From Synechococcus sp. (GTDB lineage Bacteria; Cyanobacteriota; Cyanobacteriia; Thermostichales; PCC-7336), in NCBI GenBank assembly GCA_051439605.1, contig JBFRWN010000032.1, forward strand, positions 118,041-182,040: a stretch of DNA of 64,000 nt. Reading direction: 5' to 3'. A program made the translations under genes and the position numbers. The notes under the pieces are model-generated. The model ran no database searches, was not told the origin of the DNA, and saw only the letters and a program-made list of their open reading frames with translations. Below, piece by piece: positions 20,430-30,972 of the stretch; the first letter of the stretch is position 1; every line of letters begins with the position of its first letter.

Positions 20430-20825
20430 TTAATCTTCATCGTCATCAACCGCTTTACCGTCGGAGAGTTGTTTGAGATGAATGTGTTTGTAGCCCAACT
20501 GAATTTCAAATTCGTCACCAGGCTTAAGGTTCATCTTCTGGGTATAGGCAGCACCGATAATTATCTGCCCATTACGATGAACGCTGACGCGGTACGTAGG
20601 TTCGCGACCGCGACGATCGCGGGCCATACCGGGTGTCAGTTCAATGCCTTTCGCAGCTAAAACAGCGTCGTAAAAATCGGTTAAATTTACGCGAGGCTTC
20701 TCGTCCTTAGTAAAGGAGACGTAACCACAACGTTTTGCTGTTTCCCGCTTATTCAAGTGGCCAAGTGATTCCACTTTCTGTAGTAAAGCTTTACCGGTCA
20801 ACGGAGATTCTGGGATATCGGACAT
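20430..20825 (-). CDS. Cyanobacterial AbrB-like regulator (cyAbrB1/CalA type)
   Basis: LTGKALLQKV, RVNLTDFYDA, GREPTYRVSVH, GDEFEIQLGYKHIHL. Confidence 0.92.
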   Translation of the reverse strand: MSDIPESPLTGKALLQKVESLGHLNKRETAKRCGYVSFTKDEKPRVNLTDFYDAVLAAKGIELTPGMARDRRGREPTYRVSVHRNGQIIIGAAYTQKMNLKPGDEFEIQLGYKHIHLKQLSDGKAVDDDED

Positions 20826-21227
20826 GTCTGTTTACACTACCAAGCTATTTCTACAATAGTCGATCTAAGTTCCATTTAGGCCATCTTTTTAAAACATATT
20901 GGAATTTATTCGTTTTATTTAGATTATTTCGACATTCCCAGAGGTGAACTTGGGATAAGAATGAAATTCTTCTCCATCAGATCCACTCAAACAGACCTCG
21001 TTTTCATGCGCTTTCCGGCAGTAGATTGGATCGACTCCATTCACAAAGAATGGCCAATGCTAGAGCTCAGTCGCAAGTCACAGAAGGGATCGCAGCAATT
21101 CTAGGCATATATCCTTGTTCGTGGAGGTAAAAAAAATCGAAATCATTCACGTGAGTATAGATTCCATCTATATGAGGGATTGCCCCCATCAGATACAATG
21201 ATCCAGTTGTTTTACTGGCCCTCAACC

Positions 21228-22523
21228 TTGATCGAGCGTTATACCCTCCCCGAAATGGGGCAGCTTTGGACAGACACTTACAAGTTTCAAACCTGGCTAC
21301 AGGTTGAAATTGCTGTTTGCGAAGCTCAGGCCCAGCTTCAGTTGATTCCAGGAGAGGCGGTTGAGGAAATCAAGCAGAAGGCAACATTTTCCACTGAGCG
21401 CATTCTAGACATCGAAGCTGAGGTTCAGCACGATATGATTGCGTTCTTAACCAACGTAAATGAATCTGTTGGGGATGCTGGTCGCTATATACACTTAGGG
21501 TTAACCAGCTCCGACGTTCTCGATACTGCTTTATCTCTCCAGCTGGTAGCCTCTCTCGATATTTTGCTGGCTCGTTTAGAGGACACCATTCAAGCAATTC
21601 GTTACCAGGCACAGCAGCATCGCTATACCTTAATGGTGGGTCGCACCCACGGCATTCACGCTGAACCCATGACCTTTGGTTTTAAGCTGGCGGGCTGGCT
21701 CTCTGAATGTTTGCGCCATCGCGATCGCCTCGTACGCTTGCGCCAATCCGTCGCCGTCGGAAAAATCTCCGGTGCGGTGGGCACCTATGCCAACGTTTCC
21801 CCCGAAATCGAAAAACTCACTTGCGAGCGGTTAGGACTGACAGGGGATTTAGCCTCTACCCAAGTTATTTCTCGCGATCGCCATGCCGAGTACGTACAAG
21901 CACTAGCGCTTTTGGGGGCTTCTATCGAGCGCTTTGCAGTAGAGATCCGCAACCTGCAGCGGACGGACGTCTTGGAAGTAGAGGAATTCTTCGCTAAGGG
22001 TCAGAAGGGATCCTCTGCAATGCCTCACAAGCGCAACCCCATCAAGTCAGAACAGCTCACCGGACTGGCTCGTCTGCTGCGGGGGTACACGGTGGCGGCC
22101 TTAGATAACGTAGCCCTCTGGCACGAGCGGGACATCTCTCACAGTTCGGTAGAGCGCACCATACTGCCGGATTCGTCCATCTTGGCCCACTACATGTTGG
22201 TGAAGTTCACCAATGTAATTAGCAAGCTGCAGGTACATTCTGACAACATGCTGCGGAACCTCAATATTTACGGTGGTGCCATTTTCAGCCAACAGGTGCT
22301 GTTGGCACTGGTCAAGAAGGGGCTAACCCGCGAAGCGGCCTACGCACTCGTACAGCGCAATGCCCACACTGCGTGGAATCAACCGGAGGGGAATTTCAAG
22401 CAAAATCTGCTAGAGGATACTGAAGTTGGCCAGTATCTCTCGGCAAAAGACTTAGAAGAATGCTTTAATCCCAACCACTGTCTAACCCACATCGATACGA
22501 TCTTCGATCGCTTAGACATATAG
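21228..22523 (+). CDS. purB: Adenylosuccinate lyase
   Basis: (M)IERYT start at TTG 21228; GRTHGIHAEP; GSSAMPHKRNP. Confidence 0.97.
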   Translation: MIERYTLPEMGQLWTDTYKFQTWLQVEIAVCEAQAQLQLIPGEAVEEIKQKATFSTERILDIEAEVQHDMIAFLTNVNESVGDAGRYIHLGLTSSDVLDTALSLQLVASLDILLARLEDTIQAIRYQAQQHRYTLMVGRTHGIHAEPMTFGFKLAGWLSECLRHRDRLVRLRQSVAVGKISGAVGTYANVSPEIEKLTCERLGLTGDLASTQVISRDRHAEYVQALALLGASIERFAVEIRNLQRTDVLEVEEFFAKGQKGSSAMPHKRNPIKSEQLTGLARLLRGYTVAALDNVALWHERDISHSSVERTILPDSSILAHYMLVKFTNVISKLQVHSDNMLRNLNIYGGAIFSQQVLLALVKKGLTREAAYALVQRNAHTAWNQPEGNFKQNLLEDTEVGQYLSAKDLEECFNPNHCLTHIDTIFDRLDI

Positions 22524-22532
22524 CAAACTGTC

Positions 22533-22583
22533 AGTCGATTGATTTAAAGTCGATTGATTTAAAGTCGATAATTTCAAGCCGAT
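22533..22583. repeat. 15-bp tandem repeat (2 perfect + 2 degenerate copies)
   Basis: AGTCGATTGATTTAA x2, then AGTCGATAATTTCA and AGCCGAT. Confidence 0.85.
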
Positions 22584-22702
22584 GGCGTATGAGCCCGTTT
22601 AAGTCGCTTGGTTCATTTCAGTGTTAGCGGCTTTAATCCTTGTGCAATCATCGGGGGCGTCAACTATCTTCAGGGTCTCACATCCGCCACACCCTCAAAT
22701 TT

Positions 22703-22718
22703 TGTAATAACAGTTACA
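22703..22718. promoter_or_regulatory. Candidate NtcA box upstream of the small ORF
   Basis: TGTA-ATAACAGT-TACA. Confidence 0.6.
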
Positions 22719-22797
22719 GTTTGCATCAAGTTGCAACTGTTTATGTCTATTAATAATAGGCTCGTGTGATAATGATTTTGTAGCGTGAGATACGATA

Positions 22798-22893
22798 ATG
22801 AAAGTCGACTATAACTCCGATACTTCTGGTGAGCTGACTGCGATCGGGTATGGCGTGTTCATGGTGCTGCTGATTTTAGTCGTGTTGCTGTAA
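22798..22893 (+). CDS. Unannotated 31-aa single-TM peptide MKVDYNSDTSGELTAIGYGVFMVLLILVVLL
   Basis: Hand-translated ATG..TAA; hydrophobic C-terminus; followed by a terminator. Confidence 0.6.
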   Translation: MKVDYNSDTSGELTAIGYGVFMVLLILVVLL

Positions 22894-22935
22894 TCCCCTT
22901 GTCAGTCTGACCAGCACTCTCCGCTCTGTGCTAAT

Positions 22936-22968
22936 AAACTGTAGATCGACGTTATCTACAGTTTTTTT
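22936..22968 (+). terminator. Intrinsic terminator after the small ORF
   Basis: AAACTGTAGAT-N7-ATCTACAGTTT followed by further Ts. Confidence 0.75.
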
Positions 22969-23136
22969 ATTGTCCATTCACCGGATATCCATTCACTAAC
23001 TCTTTGTAGTTCGCGAAAACCTTATTGTATGAATCGTTCGATTTCTTCCATTACTTACAGCTAAACAGCAACCCTGCTTAGAATAAGGTTCCGAAATCAT
23101 AGCGTAAGCTGAAAAGAGACTTGTTGATTTCCTCAG

Positions 23137-24390
23137 ATGACACAATCTCCTGTTTCCTCCGAATCCTCCGATCGCCCCAGAGAGCTGCGCCGCTCCCTGC
23201 GCCGTTCCGAAACCTACTACGCCAAAGGATTTCCCGAATTGCAGGATGAAATCCGCGACGAGCTGCAGACGGAATATAAAAGCGAGTTAGTGGAAACCAT
23301 CCGTAACAACGGCAACACCTATACTGTGGGAGACGTCACCATCAAGCTGGCAAGTTCCTTTGGTTTTTGCTGGGGGGTGGAACGCGCGGTGGAATACGCC
23401 TACGAAGCCCGCCGGCGATTCCCCGATCGTAAACTGTGGATCACGAACGAAATCATCCACAATCCCCAGGTGAACGAACAGCTCAGCAACATGGGGATTC
23501 AATTTGTGTCACACCAGGACGGTAGCAAAGACTTTTCCAAGATTTCATCTGAGGATGTGGTGCTGTGGCCCGCATTTGGTGCCAGCCTGCAGGAGATGGA
23601 ATTTTTCCAAAACAACGGCAATGAAATTGTCGATACTACCTGTCCTTGGGTCTCCCGGGTTTGGAACCAATTGGATAAGCACCGCCAGCGGGATTTCACC
23701 TCCATCATTCACGGCAAATACACCCACGAGGAAACCATTGCTACCAGCTCTTTTGCCGAAACCTATCTGGTGGTTCTAGATATGGAACAGGCTCGCTACG
23801 TAGCCAACTACATCTTGCATGCCCAGGACGACCCCGACAGTCACGGGCAGAAACGGGTGGAGTTTATCGGCAAATTTGAGCGCGCGATGTCCCCTGGCTT
23901 TGACCCAGACCGAGATTTGCTGCGCATCGGCATCGCCAACCAGACCACCATGTTGGAAGGGGAAACCAAAGCGATCGCCAAGCTGTTTGAAACCACCATG
24001 CTGCGCAAGTACGGCCCGCAAACTGTAGACGAGCATTTCATCAGCTTCAACACCATCTGTAACGCTACTCAAGAGCGTCAGGATGCCATGTTCGAGCTGA
24101 TTGAAGAGAAGCTGGATGTCATGGTGGTGATTGGTGGTTTCAATTCCTCCAATACCACCCACCTGCAGGAAATTGCCATCGACAGAGGGCACAGATCGTT
24201 TCACATCGATGGTCCCGCCTGCATCCGCGACGACAATAGCATTCGCCACCAAGCTTTGCATGCCGGTATCGAAGTTACCGAAAACTGGCTGCCCTCCGGC
24301 CCTATCACGGTCGGTATCACCTCCGGGGCCTCTACGCCCGATCGCATGGTGTCAGACGCGATCGAGCGAATTTTTTCCCTCAAGTCCTAG
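23137..24390 (+). CDS. ispH: 4-hydroxy-3-methylbut-2-enyl diphosphate reductase
   Basis: [45 protein letters not shown]. Confidence 0.97.
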   Translation: MTQSPVSSESSDRPRELRRSLRRSETYYAKGFPELQDEIRDELQTEYKSELVETIRNNGNTYTVGDVTIKLASSFGFCWGVERAVEYAYEARRRFPDRKLWITNEIIHNPQVNEQLSNMGIQFVSHQDGSKDFSKISSEDVVLWPAFGASLQEMEFFQNNGNEIVDTTCPWVSRVWNQLDKHRQRDFTSIIHGKYTHEETIATSSFAETYLVVLDMEQARYVANYILHAQDDPDSHGQKRVEFIGKFERAMSPGFDPDRDLLRIGIANQTTMLEGETKAIAKLFETTMLRKYGPQTVDEHFISFNTICNATQERQDAMFELIEEKLDVMVVIGGFNSSNTTHLQEIAIDRGHRSFHIDGPACIRDDNSIRHQALHAGIEVTENWLPSGPITVGITSGASTPDRMVSDAIERIFSLKS

Positions 24391-24473
24391 CCATCTTCAA
24401 TCTCCAAAGCTGTAATCGCCGTTAAACAATACTGGGATGAAGAGAGGGGACCTGGGCTGAATTCTTTACCACT

Positions 24474-25850
24474 CTAGAAGCTGCTGTGGCTCATGGCATA
24501 GGCCTTCAGCTTATCAGCCACAGATCGCACGGAAATTTTGTCGATCGCCTCCGCCGCAAACGCATAGGTCAGTAGTTGCTTCGCTTGTGCCAGACCCAAC
24601 CCGCGACTTTGCAAGTAAAACACTTCATCCGGCATCAGCTGACTCACCGTTGCACCGTGGGCGCATTTGACGTCATCCGCAAAAATCTCTAGCTGAGGCT
24701 TGGTATCTACCCGAGCTTTATCGGAAAGCAGTAGATTGCGGCTGGACTGACTGCTATCAATTTTTTGGGCATCCGGTCGAACGATCACCTTGCCGTTAAA
24801 GACGCTGTGGGCGCGATCGCCCACGATACATTTGTGAACTTGGTTGCTGGTGCCGTAGGGATTAGCGTGGTCAATTGCCGTATGAGTATCCGATAGTTGA
24901 GAGTCGGTGGCGATGGTTAAACCATTCAGGATGGAGTGAACGTTGACCCCCTGTTGCACCGTTTCTAGCGTGTGGCGGGACAGCTTTCCACCGATGCTAA
25001 TGGTGTGGCCAGTGTAGCGGCTGTCTCTCGCTTGGTCGATCGCTGTACGAGCAACGTGGAAGCTAGCCTCCGCCTCCGCTTGCCACATGCAATGCTCTAA
25101 GTGAGCGTTATCTGCTAGCGCAATCTCAGTGACAGCGTTAGTCAAGTAGGCAGCATCTCCCGCCCCCACAAACTGTTCTACCACCCTGGCGCTACTACCT
25201 TGCTCCATCACGATCGTGCAGCGAGGATAAGAGATGCTGGGAGTGAATCCCGACACCGAGACAAACGAGATCTGAATGGGAACATCCACCACACAATTTT
25301 TCGCCACGTGCAGTACGGCAATGTCCTGCAAACAGGCAGAGTTCAGCAGCGTAAATGCATCCTTTCCACCGGCAGCATCAATGGTGAAATGCGATCGCAT
25401 CCGTTCCTGCTGTTCTGCGTTTAGCGCAGACAGGCTACCAGCAGTTACTCCAGCAGGTAACCCAGACAAGTTAGATAAGGCAGCTGAAAAATAACCGTTG
25501 ACAAAGACCAAGCGAGTTTGATGGGCTTCGGGAATATCGAGTGCAACCAAGCTATTGGTGGAAACTCCTGTCTCGGCTGGCCCAAACCGGACCGCCTTCA
25601 GGGCTGCCAGGTTGGTGAAGCGCCAATCTTCGTCCCGCAGTGTGGGCCAAGTCATGAGGCGGACGCGATTGGCGGCAGCTTGTCGTAAAGGCTCCAGCCA
25701 GTTAGCGATCCCGTCGGCACAAACAGCTTTCTGTGCAAGCAAATCGGCGATCGCCAATTGAGAGTCTTGAACCGTAGCATGTGTAGCTGCGATTCCATCT
25801 GCGTTAGAGAGTGGGGTGCTAGAAGTTGTTGTGTTGGAGGGTGCCATCAT
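24474..25850 (-). CDS. sufD: Fe-S cluster assembly protein SufD
   Basis: EDWRFT, DTKPQLEIFADDVKCAHGATV, FYLQSRG. Confidence 0.95.
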   Translation of the reverse strand: MMAPSNTTTSSTPLSNADGIAATHATVQDSQLAIADLLAQKAVCADGIANWLEPLRQAAANRVRLMTWPTLRDEDWRFTNLAALKAVRFGPAETGVSTNSLVALDIPEAHQTRLVFVNGYFSAALSNLSGLPAGVTAGSLSALNAEQQERMRSHFTIDAAGGKDAFTLLNSACLQDIAVLHVAKNCVVDVPIQISFVSVSGFTPSISYPRCTIVMEQGSSARVVEQFVGAGDAAYLTNAVTEIALADNAHLEHCMWQAEAEASFHVARTAIDQARDSRYTGHTISIGGKLSRHTLETVQQGVNVHSILNGLTIATDSQLSDTHTAIDHANPYGTSNQVHKCIVGDRAHSVFNGKVIVRPDAQKIDSSQSSRNLLLSDKARVDTKPQLEIFADDVKCAHGATVSQLMPDEVFYLQSRGLGLAQAKQLLTYAFAAEAIDKISVRSVADKLKAYAMSHSSF

Positions 25851-26662
25851 TAGTGTGCCGCTACAGCCTCCATCTCATCGGTTTTCAACTGACCGTGTAT
25901 CTCATCAATCCAGTCATAACCCTTCTCTTCCAGTTCCAGCGCCAGTTCCTTGCCACCGGTTCGGATGATTTTCCCCGCATGCATGACGTGAACGAAGTCC
26001 GGCACGATGTAATCCAGTAACCGCTGGTAGTGGGTAATCAAGATATTGGCGTTGGTCTCGTTGGCAAGCTGATTCACACCGTTAGACACAATGCGCAGTG
26101 CGTCGATATCCAAGCCAGAGTCCGTCTCGTCCAAAATCGACAGCGTGGGCTCCAGCACAGCCATCTGCAGAATCTCGTTACGTTTCTTCTCGCCACCGGA
26201 AAATCCGCTGTTGACGCTGCGCTCCAAGAAGCTGGGGTTCATCTCCACCACAGACAGCTTCTCTTCTAGCAAATCGCTAAAGTCAAACGGATCCAGTTCC
26301 TCAAGTCCGCGATAGGTACGCACGGCATTGCAAGACAGACGCAGAAACTCTTCGTTGCTGACCCCAGGTACCTCAATCGGATATTGAAAGGCCAGAAATA
26401 CCCCCGCCCGCGCGCGATCTTCGGGCTCCATCTCCAGCAGATTTTCACCTTTGTAAATCACCTCACCACCGGTGACTTCGTAATCGGGGTGGCCGGCTAG
26501 CACCTTGGAGAAGGTGCTCTTGCCCGAGCCGTTGCGTCCCATAATGGCGTGAATTTCGCCTTCTTTGACCTCTACATTAATGCCCTTCAGCACTGGCGTA
26601 CCGTCCACTGAGGCGGTCAAGTTCTTGACCGATAAAATCACCTTGCTTTTGTCCCGAATCAT
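25850..26662 (-). CDS. sufC: Fe-S cluster assembly ATPase SufC
   Basis: [32 protein letters not shown]. Confidence 0.97.
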   Translation of the reverse strand: MIRDKSKVILSVKNLTASVDGTPVLKGINVEVKEGEIHAIMGRNGSGKSTFSKVLAGHPDYEVTGGEVIYKGENLLEMEPEDRARAGVFLAFQYPIEVPGVSNEEFLRLSCNAVRTYRGLEELDPFDFSDLLEEKLSVVEMNPSFLERSVNSGFSGGEKKRNEILQMAVLEPTLSILDETDSGLDIDALRIVSNGVNQLANETNANILITHYQRLLDYIVPDFVHVMHAGKIIRTGGKELALELEEKGYDWIDEIHGQLKTDEMEAVAAH

Positions 26663-26787
26663 GGATGGTACTTGTCCTTAACGTTCTGCCATTACTAGGA
26701 GTGCAATCAACCAGAGAACCATGTAGAGCCGATATAAAGCGAACCCAGAGGCTCAATGCTCCAAGACCTCTGCTCTTGGATAGAGAA

Positions 26788-28227
26788 TTAACCCACCGAG
26801 TTTTCTAGCTTGAGGCTCAAAAGCTTATCGGCTTCCGAGGCAAATTCCATCGGCAACTGGTTGAACACGTCTTTACAGAATCCGTTCACGATCATCGAAA
26901 CTGCATCCTCGGCGGAAATGCCACGCTGCAAGAAGTAGAAGATCTGGTCTTCGCTGATTTTTGAGGTTGATGCTTCGTGTTCGATGGTGGCGCTGGAATT
27001 CTGTGACTGGATGTAGGGAAAGGTGCTGGCTTCGCAACGATCGCCAATCAGCATCGAGTCACATTGGGTGTAGTTGCGCGCTCCGAAGGCTTTAGGACCC
27101 ACTTTCACCAAACCGCGATAGCTGTTGTTGGATTTCCCGGCAGAAATGCCTTTGGAAATAATCGTACTGGAGGTGTTCTTGCCGATGTGCACCATCTTGG
27201 TGCCGGTGTCCGCCTCTTGCCGGTTGTTGGTCAGGGCAACGGAATAAAATTCGCCAACGGAGTTATCCCCCACCAATACGCAGCTGGGATATTTCCAGGT
27301 AATGGCAGAGCCGGTTTCCACCTGCGTCCAGGAAATCTTGGAATTTACCCCTTTGCAAAGGCCGCGCTTGGTCACAAAGTTGTAGATGCCCCCTTTGCCG
27401 TTCTCGTCCCCTGCATACCAGTTCTGTACGGTGGAATACTTGATTTCAGCATCGTCTAAGGCAACCAGCTCGACAACGGCTGCATGCAGCTGGTTGGTGT
27501 CGAACATCGGAGCTGTGCAGCCTTCCAGATAGGTAACCGAGCTGCGCTCTTCTGCCACAATCAGCGTCCGTTCGAATTGTCCTGACTCACCGTTGTTAAT
27601 CCGGAAGTAGGTAGACAGATCCATGGGACATTTGACGCCCTTGGGGATGTAAACAAACGACCCGTCGCTGAAGACAGCGGAGTTGAGGGCAGCGAAAAAG
27701 TTATCGCCAACGGGTACGACGCTGCCGAGATATTTCCGAACCAGTTCGGGATGTTCTTCGACTGCCTCAGAAATCGAGCAGAAAATAATGCCGTGCTTGG
27801 CTAGATCCTCCTTGAACGTAGTTGCGATCGATACGCTGTCGAAGACTGCATCGACGGCAACGTTGCCCAATCGCTTTTGCTCTGATAGCGGAATTCCCAA
27901 CTTGTCGAAGGTTGCCAGCAGTTCGGGGTCTAGCTCGTCTAGGCTGCTAACCTTTTTGCCCGCTTGCTTGGGGGCAGAGTAGTAAACAATATCCTGGTAG
28001 TCGAGCGCCGGATAGTCGAGGTTGGGCCAGTGGGGCTCTTCCATCTCCAGCCACTTGCGATAGGCCTTGAGGCGGAACTCTAAGAGAAATTCAGGCTCGT
28101 TTTTTTTGGCCGAAATTAGCCGCACAACATCTTCACTCAGTCCTTTGGGGATTGAGTCGGATTCGACACGGGAGACGAACCCGTACTTGTAAGGTTGGTT
28201 AACGAGGGTTGTAACTGAGGCTGTCAC
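26788..28227 (-). CDS. sufB: Fe-S cluster assembly protein SufB
   Basis: [33 protein letters not shown]. Confidence 0.97.
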   Translation of the reverse strand: MTASVTTLVNQPYKYGFVSRVESDSIPKGLSEDVVRLISAKKNEPEFLLEFRLKAYRKWLEMEEPHWPNLDYPALDYQDIVYYSAPKQAGKKVSSLDELDPELLATFDKLGIPLSEQKRLGNVAVDAVFDSVSIATTFKEDLAKHGIIFCSISEAVEEHPELVRKYLGSVVPVGDNFFAALNSAVFSDGSFVYIPKGVKCPMDLSTYFRINNGESGQFERTLIVAEERSSVTYLEGCTAPMFDTNQLHAAVVELVALDDAEIKYSTVQNWYAGDENGKGGIYNFVTKRGLCKGVNSKISWTQVETGSAITWKYPSCVLVGDNSVGEFYSVALTNNRQEADTGTKMVHIGKNTSSTIISKGISAGKSNNSYRGLVKVGPKAFGARNYTQCDSMLIGDRCEASTFPYIQSQNSSATIEHEASTSKISEDQIFYFLQRGISAEDAVSMIVNGFCKDVFNQLPMEFASEADKLLSLKLENSVG

Positions 28228-28349
28228 CTAGAGAAACCTCCGGCAATTGTGCTGTGGGACATCGGGGTCTGCGCCCCCAAAGTTGGATAGAGGCAAGCCC
28301 CGCTGAGGTGGGGAAGCAACTGAAACGATAATCGTCAGCAATTGTATAC

Positions 28350-28412
28350 TTAAACAACATACCCATTGCTAAACTCATGCTAGATCACTTTAGCAACATT
28401 CGTGTTGTTTAA
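28350..28412. promoter_or_regulatory. Two SufR operators (CAAC-N6-GTTG)
   Basis: CAAC-ATACCC-ATTG at 28355-28368 and CAAC-ATTCGT-GTTG at 28394-28407, between divergent sufB and sufR. Confidence 0.85.
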
Positions 28413-28441
28413 CTCGCAAAATCAGTCTGTAGAGCGTTACC

Positions 28442-29149
28442 GTGAGTTCATCCCCCCACCACTTGCCCAATGCCGAGGACTCTAAATCTTCGGCGACTGT
28501 GGCCATGAATCGGCATCACCCCGGACATGCCAAGCAGGTGATGTTGCAGCTATTGCGCAAGCATCCCTCTCTATCTGCTCAGCAGCTGGCAGACCTGTTG
28601 GATATCAGCGTGCAGGCGGTGCGGCGCCACTTAAAAGATTTAGAGGCAGATGGAAGTGTTGCCCGAGAAACAGTATCTAAGGGGATGGGACGCCCTCAAT
28701 ACGTTTACGTTCTGACGCAAGCGGGCCTGGACCAATTTCCGAAACACTACGATGAATTTGCGGTCACGTTTTTAAGTGCAATGGCTGACCGGGTGGGGCC
28801 AGACCAAATGGAAGAGGTCTTGCACGATCAGTGGCAGCAAAAGGCGTCGCAATATAAGGCCAAGATAGGTCGCGGGCCACTGCGCGATCGCATTGCGTCT
28901 CTTGCGGCATTACGGACTCAAGAAGGGTACATGGTGGATTGGTACCCCCTAGAGACCGAAGGACAAGGGGAGCAATATATGTTTTCTGAGTACAACTGTG
29001 CAATCAGTCAAGTGGCCGAGACTTTTCCCAGCGTGTGTGGCCACGAATTAGAAATGTTGCAGGAGGTCTTCTCCGATAGCTCCGTAGAACGCACCCATTG
29101 GATGGTAGGGGATTCCCATCAATGCGGTTATGTGATTGCCGTCAAATAG
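28442..29149 (+). CDS. sufR: Fe-S cluster regulator SufR
   Basis: HTH QAVRRHLKDLE, MGRPQ, EYNCAI, VCGHELEM, HQCGY; divergent from sufB. Confidence 0.93.
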   Translation: MSSSPHHLPNAEDSKSSATVAMNRHHPGHAKQVMLQLLRKHPSLSAQQLADLLDISVQAVRRHLKDLEADGSVARETVSKGMGRPQYVYVLTQAGLDQFPKHYDEFAVTFLSAMADRVGPDQMEEVLHDQWQQKASQYKAKIGRGPLRDRIASLAALRTQEGYMVDWYPLETEGQGEQYMFSEYNCAISQVAETFPSVCGHELEMLQEVFSDSSVERTHWMVGDSHQCGYVIAVK

Positions 29150-29523
29150 CCCTATCTATTGATGAATGAACTACCTAAGCAGACAAGGGATTTGCTAGAG
29201 GGCCTTCTATTCACCTACATCATATCTACTAGGGAGAATCCAGCGAGCTTCCTGTTTTTTCAGCCTGTTTGAGACAGGCCAGTAAGTATTTACAGCTATT
29301 GACGAAATACCTCTTATCTAAGCGTGTCATCCCTACTGTTTTCGAAATATTTCTAAACAATTTGCGGGCTAGAATCTCAATTTGTTAGCAGGTTCTCATC
29401 CCCACGCAGCAAGCTTCCGAAGCTGTGTTACGATGCCCGCGTAATTCGGCAATCGGCTCCCGCTAAGCGCGGTGATTAGCCGGAGTTTTTTTTAAGAAAC
29501 TTTGCAAAACGGGAGAACTCACC

Positions 29524-30756
29524 TTGAGTCTGAGAGTAGCTGTAGTGGGCGGAGGCCCCGCGGGATCTTGCGCAGCCGAAGTGCTAGCGAAAGCTGGTAT
29601 AGAGACCTATTTATTTGAGCGCAAGCTTGATAACGCCAAGCCTTGTGGCGGTGCAATTCCCCTTTGCATGGTGGATGAGTTCCAATTGCCGGAAGAGATC
29701 ATCGATCGCAAAGTGCGCCGCATGAAGATGATCTCCCCCTCTAACCATGAGGTCAACATCGCAGTTGAACGCGATCACGAATACATCGGCATGACCCGCC
29801 GCGAGATTTTGGATGGCTTCCTGCGCAAGCGTGCTGAAGAATTGGGCGCCAAGGTCATCAACGCCGTTGTCATCGATATCGAAGTTCCTAAAAATCCTGA
29901 CGATACCAGCCAGCCCTACGCGATCAACTACAGCCTTAAGGGCAAGGGCACCGACACTCCCGATCGCCTCGGTTCACTCGAAGTTGACCTCGTGATCGGT
30001 GCCGGTGGTTTCTACTGCAAAGTGGCCGAAGCCATTGATGCGGGGGATTACAACTACGCGATCGCCTTCCAAGAGCGCATCCGTATCCCCGACGACAAAA
30101 TGGCCTACTACGAAGATTTGGCTGAAATGTATGTCGGTAACGATGTGTCCAGCGACTTCTATGCCTGGGTGTTCCCCAAGAGCGACCACGTTTCTGTGGG
30201 CACTGGCACCATGAAGGTCAACAAGGCCGATATCAAAAAGCTGCAGCAGGGTATTCGCGAGCGCGCCGCCGAGAAAATCCGCGGCGGCGAAGTCATCAAG
30301 GTTGAAGCTCACCCAATTCCCGAGCATCCCCGCCCCCGTCGAGTTGTGGGTCGCGCTGCTCTCGTAGGTGACTCTGCTGGCTACGTGACCAAGTCCTCCG
30401 GCGAAGGGATTTACTTTGCAGCGAAGTCCGGTCGCATGTGCGCTGAGACTATTGTGGAGTTGTCCAAGAACGGCGAGCGCATCCCCACTGAGAAGGACCT
30501 GAAGGTTTATCTCAAGCGTTGGGATCGCCAGTACGGCCTCACCTACAAGGTGCTGGATATTCTGCAGCGGGTGTTCTATGCCTCTGACGCCACTCGCGAA
30601 GCATTTGTCGAGATGTGCGATGACCCCGACGTACAAAAGTTGACCTTTGACTCTTACCTGTACAAGACCGTAGTGCCCGCCAACCCCATCAAGCAACTCA
30701 AGATTACTGCTAAAACTATTGGCAGCCTTCTGCGCGGGAACGCATTGGCCCCTTAG
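29524..30756 (+). CDS. chlP: Geranylgeranyl reductase
   Basis: VVGGGPAG, NAKPCGGAIPLCM, HPIPEHPRPRR, SGEGIYFA. Confidence 0.97.
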   Translation: MSLRVAVVGGGPAGSCAAEVLAKAGIETYLFERKLDNAKPCGGAIPLCMVDEFQLPEEIIDRKVRRMKMISPSNHEVNIAVERDHEYIGMTRREILDGFLRKRAEELGAKVINAVVIDIEVPKNPDDTSQPYAINYSLKGKGTDTPDRLGSLEVDLVIGAGGFYCKVAEAIDAGDYNYAIAFQERIRIPDDKMAYYEDLAEMYVGNDVSSDFYAWVFPKSDHVSVGTGTMKVNKADIKKLQQGIRERAAEKIRGGEVIKVEAHPIPEHPRPRRVVGRAALVGDSAGYVTKSSGEGIYFAAKSGRMCAETIVELSKNGERIPTEKDLKVYLKRWDRQYGLTYKVLDILQRVFYASDATREAFVEMCDDPDVQKLTFDSYLYKTVVPANPIKQLKITAKTIGSLLRGNALAP

Positions 30757-30972
30757 GCTAACCTGGGGCCACAATTGAGATGAGTTCCTGCTCGACGAAA
30801 GTGCTGGTTCCTAAAGACCGCCTCATCCTCGCGGATTTTGCACCGGTCGAACCTGACCATTTGAACCTAGCTAAATGGGGGCGCCAGAGATGCGCCCCTG
30901 TTTTACGATCGGAAAGCTCGCTGGCGATCGCCGCGAATTTCATGACTTCACTCCCCCCTATCCCCAGAGCTA

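Noticed and set aside
22533..22583. Possible CRISPR array
   Set aside because: 15-bp units are directly adjacent with no spacers, and no cas genes are in the window
29974..30774. 266-aa antisense ORF
   Set aside because: Lies opposite chlP and is explained by codon bias
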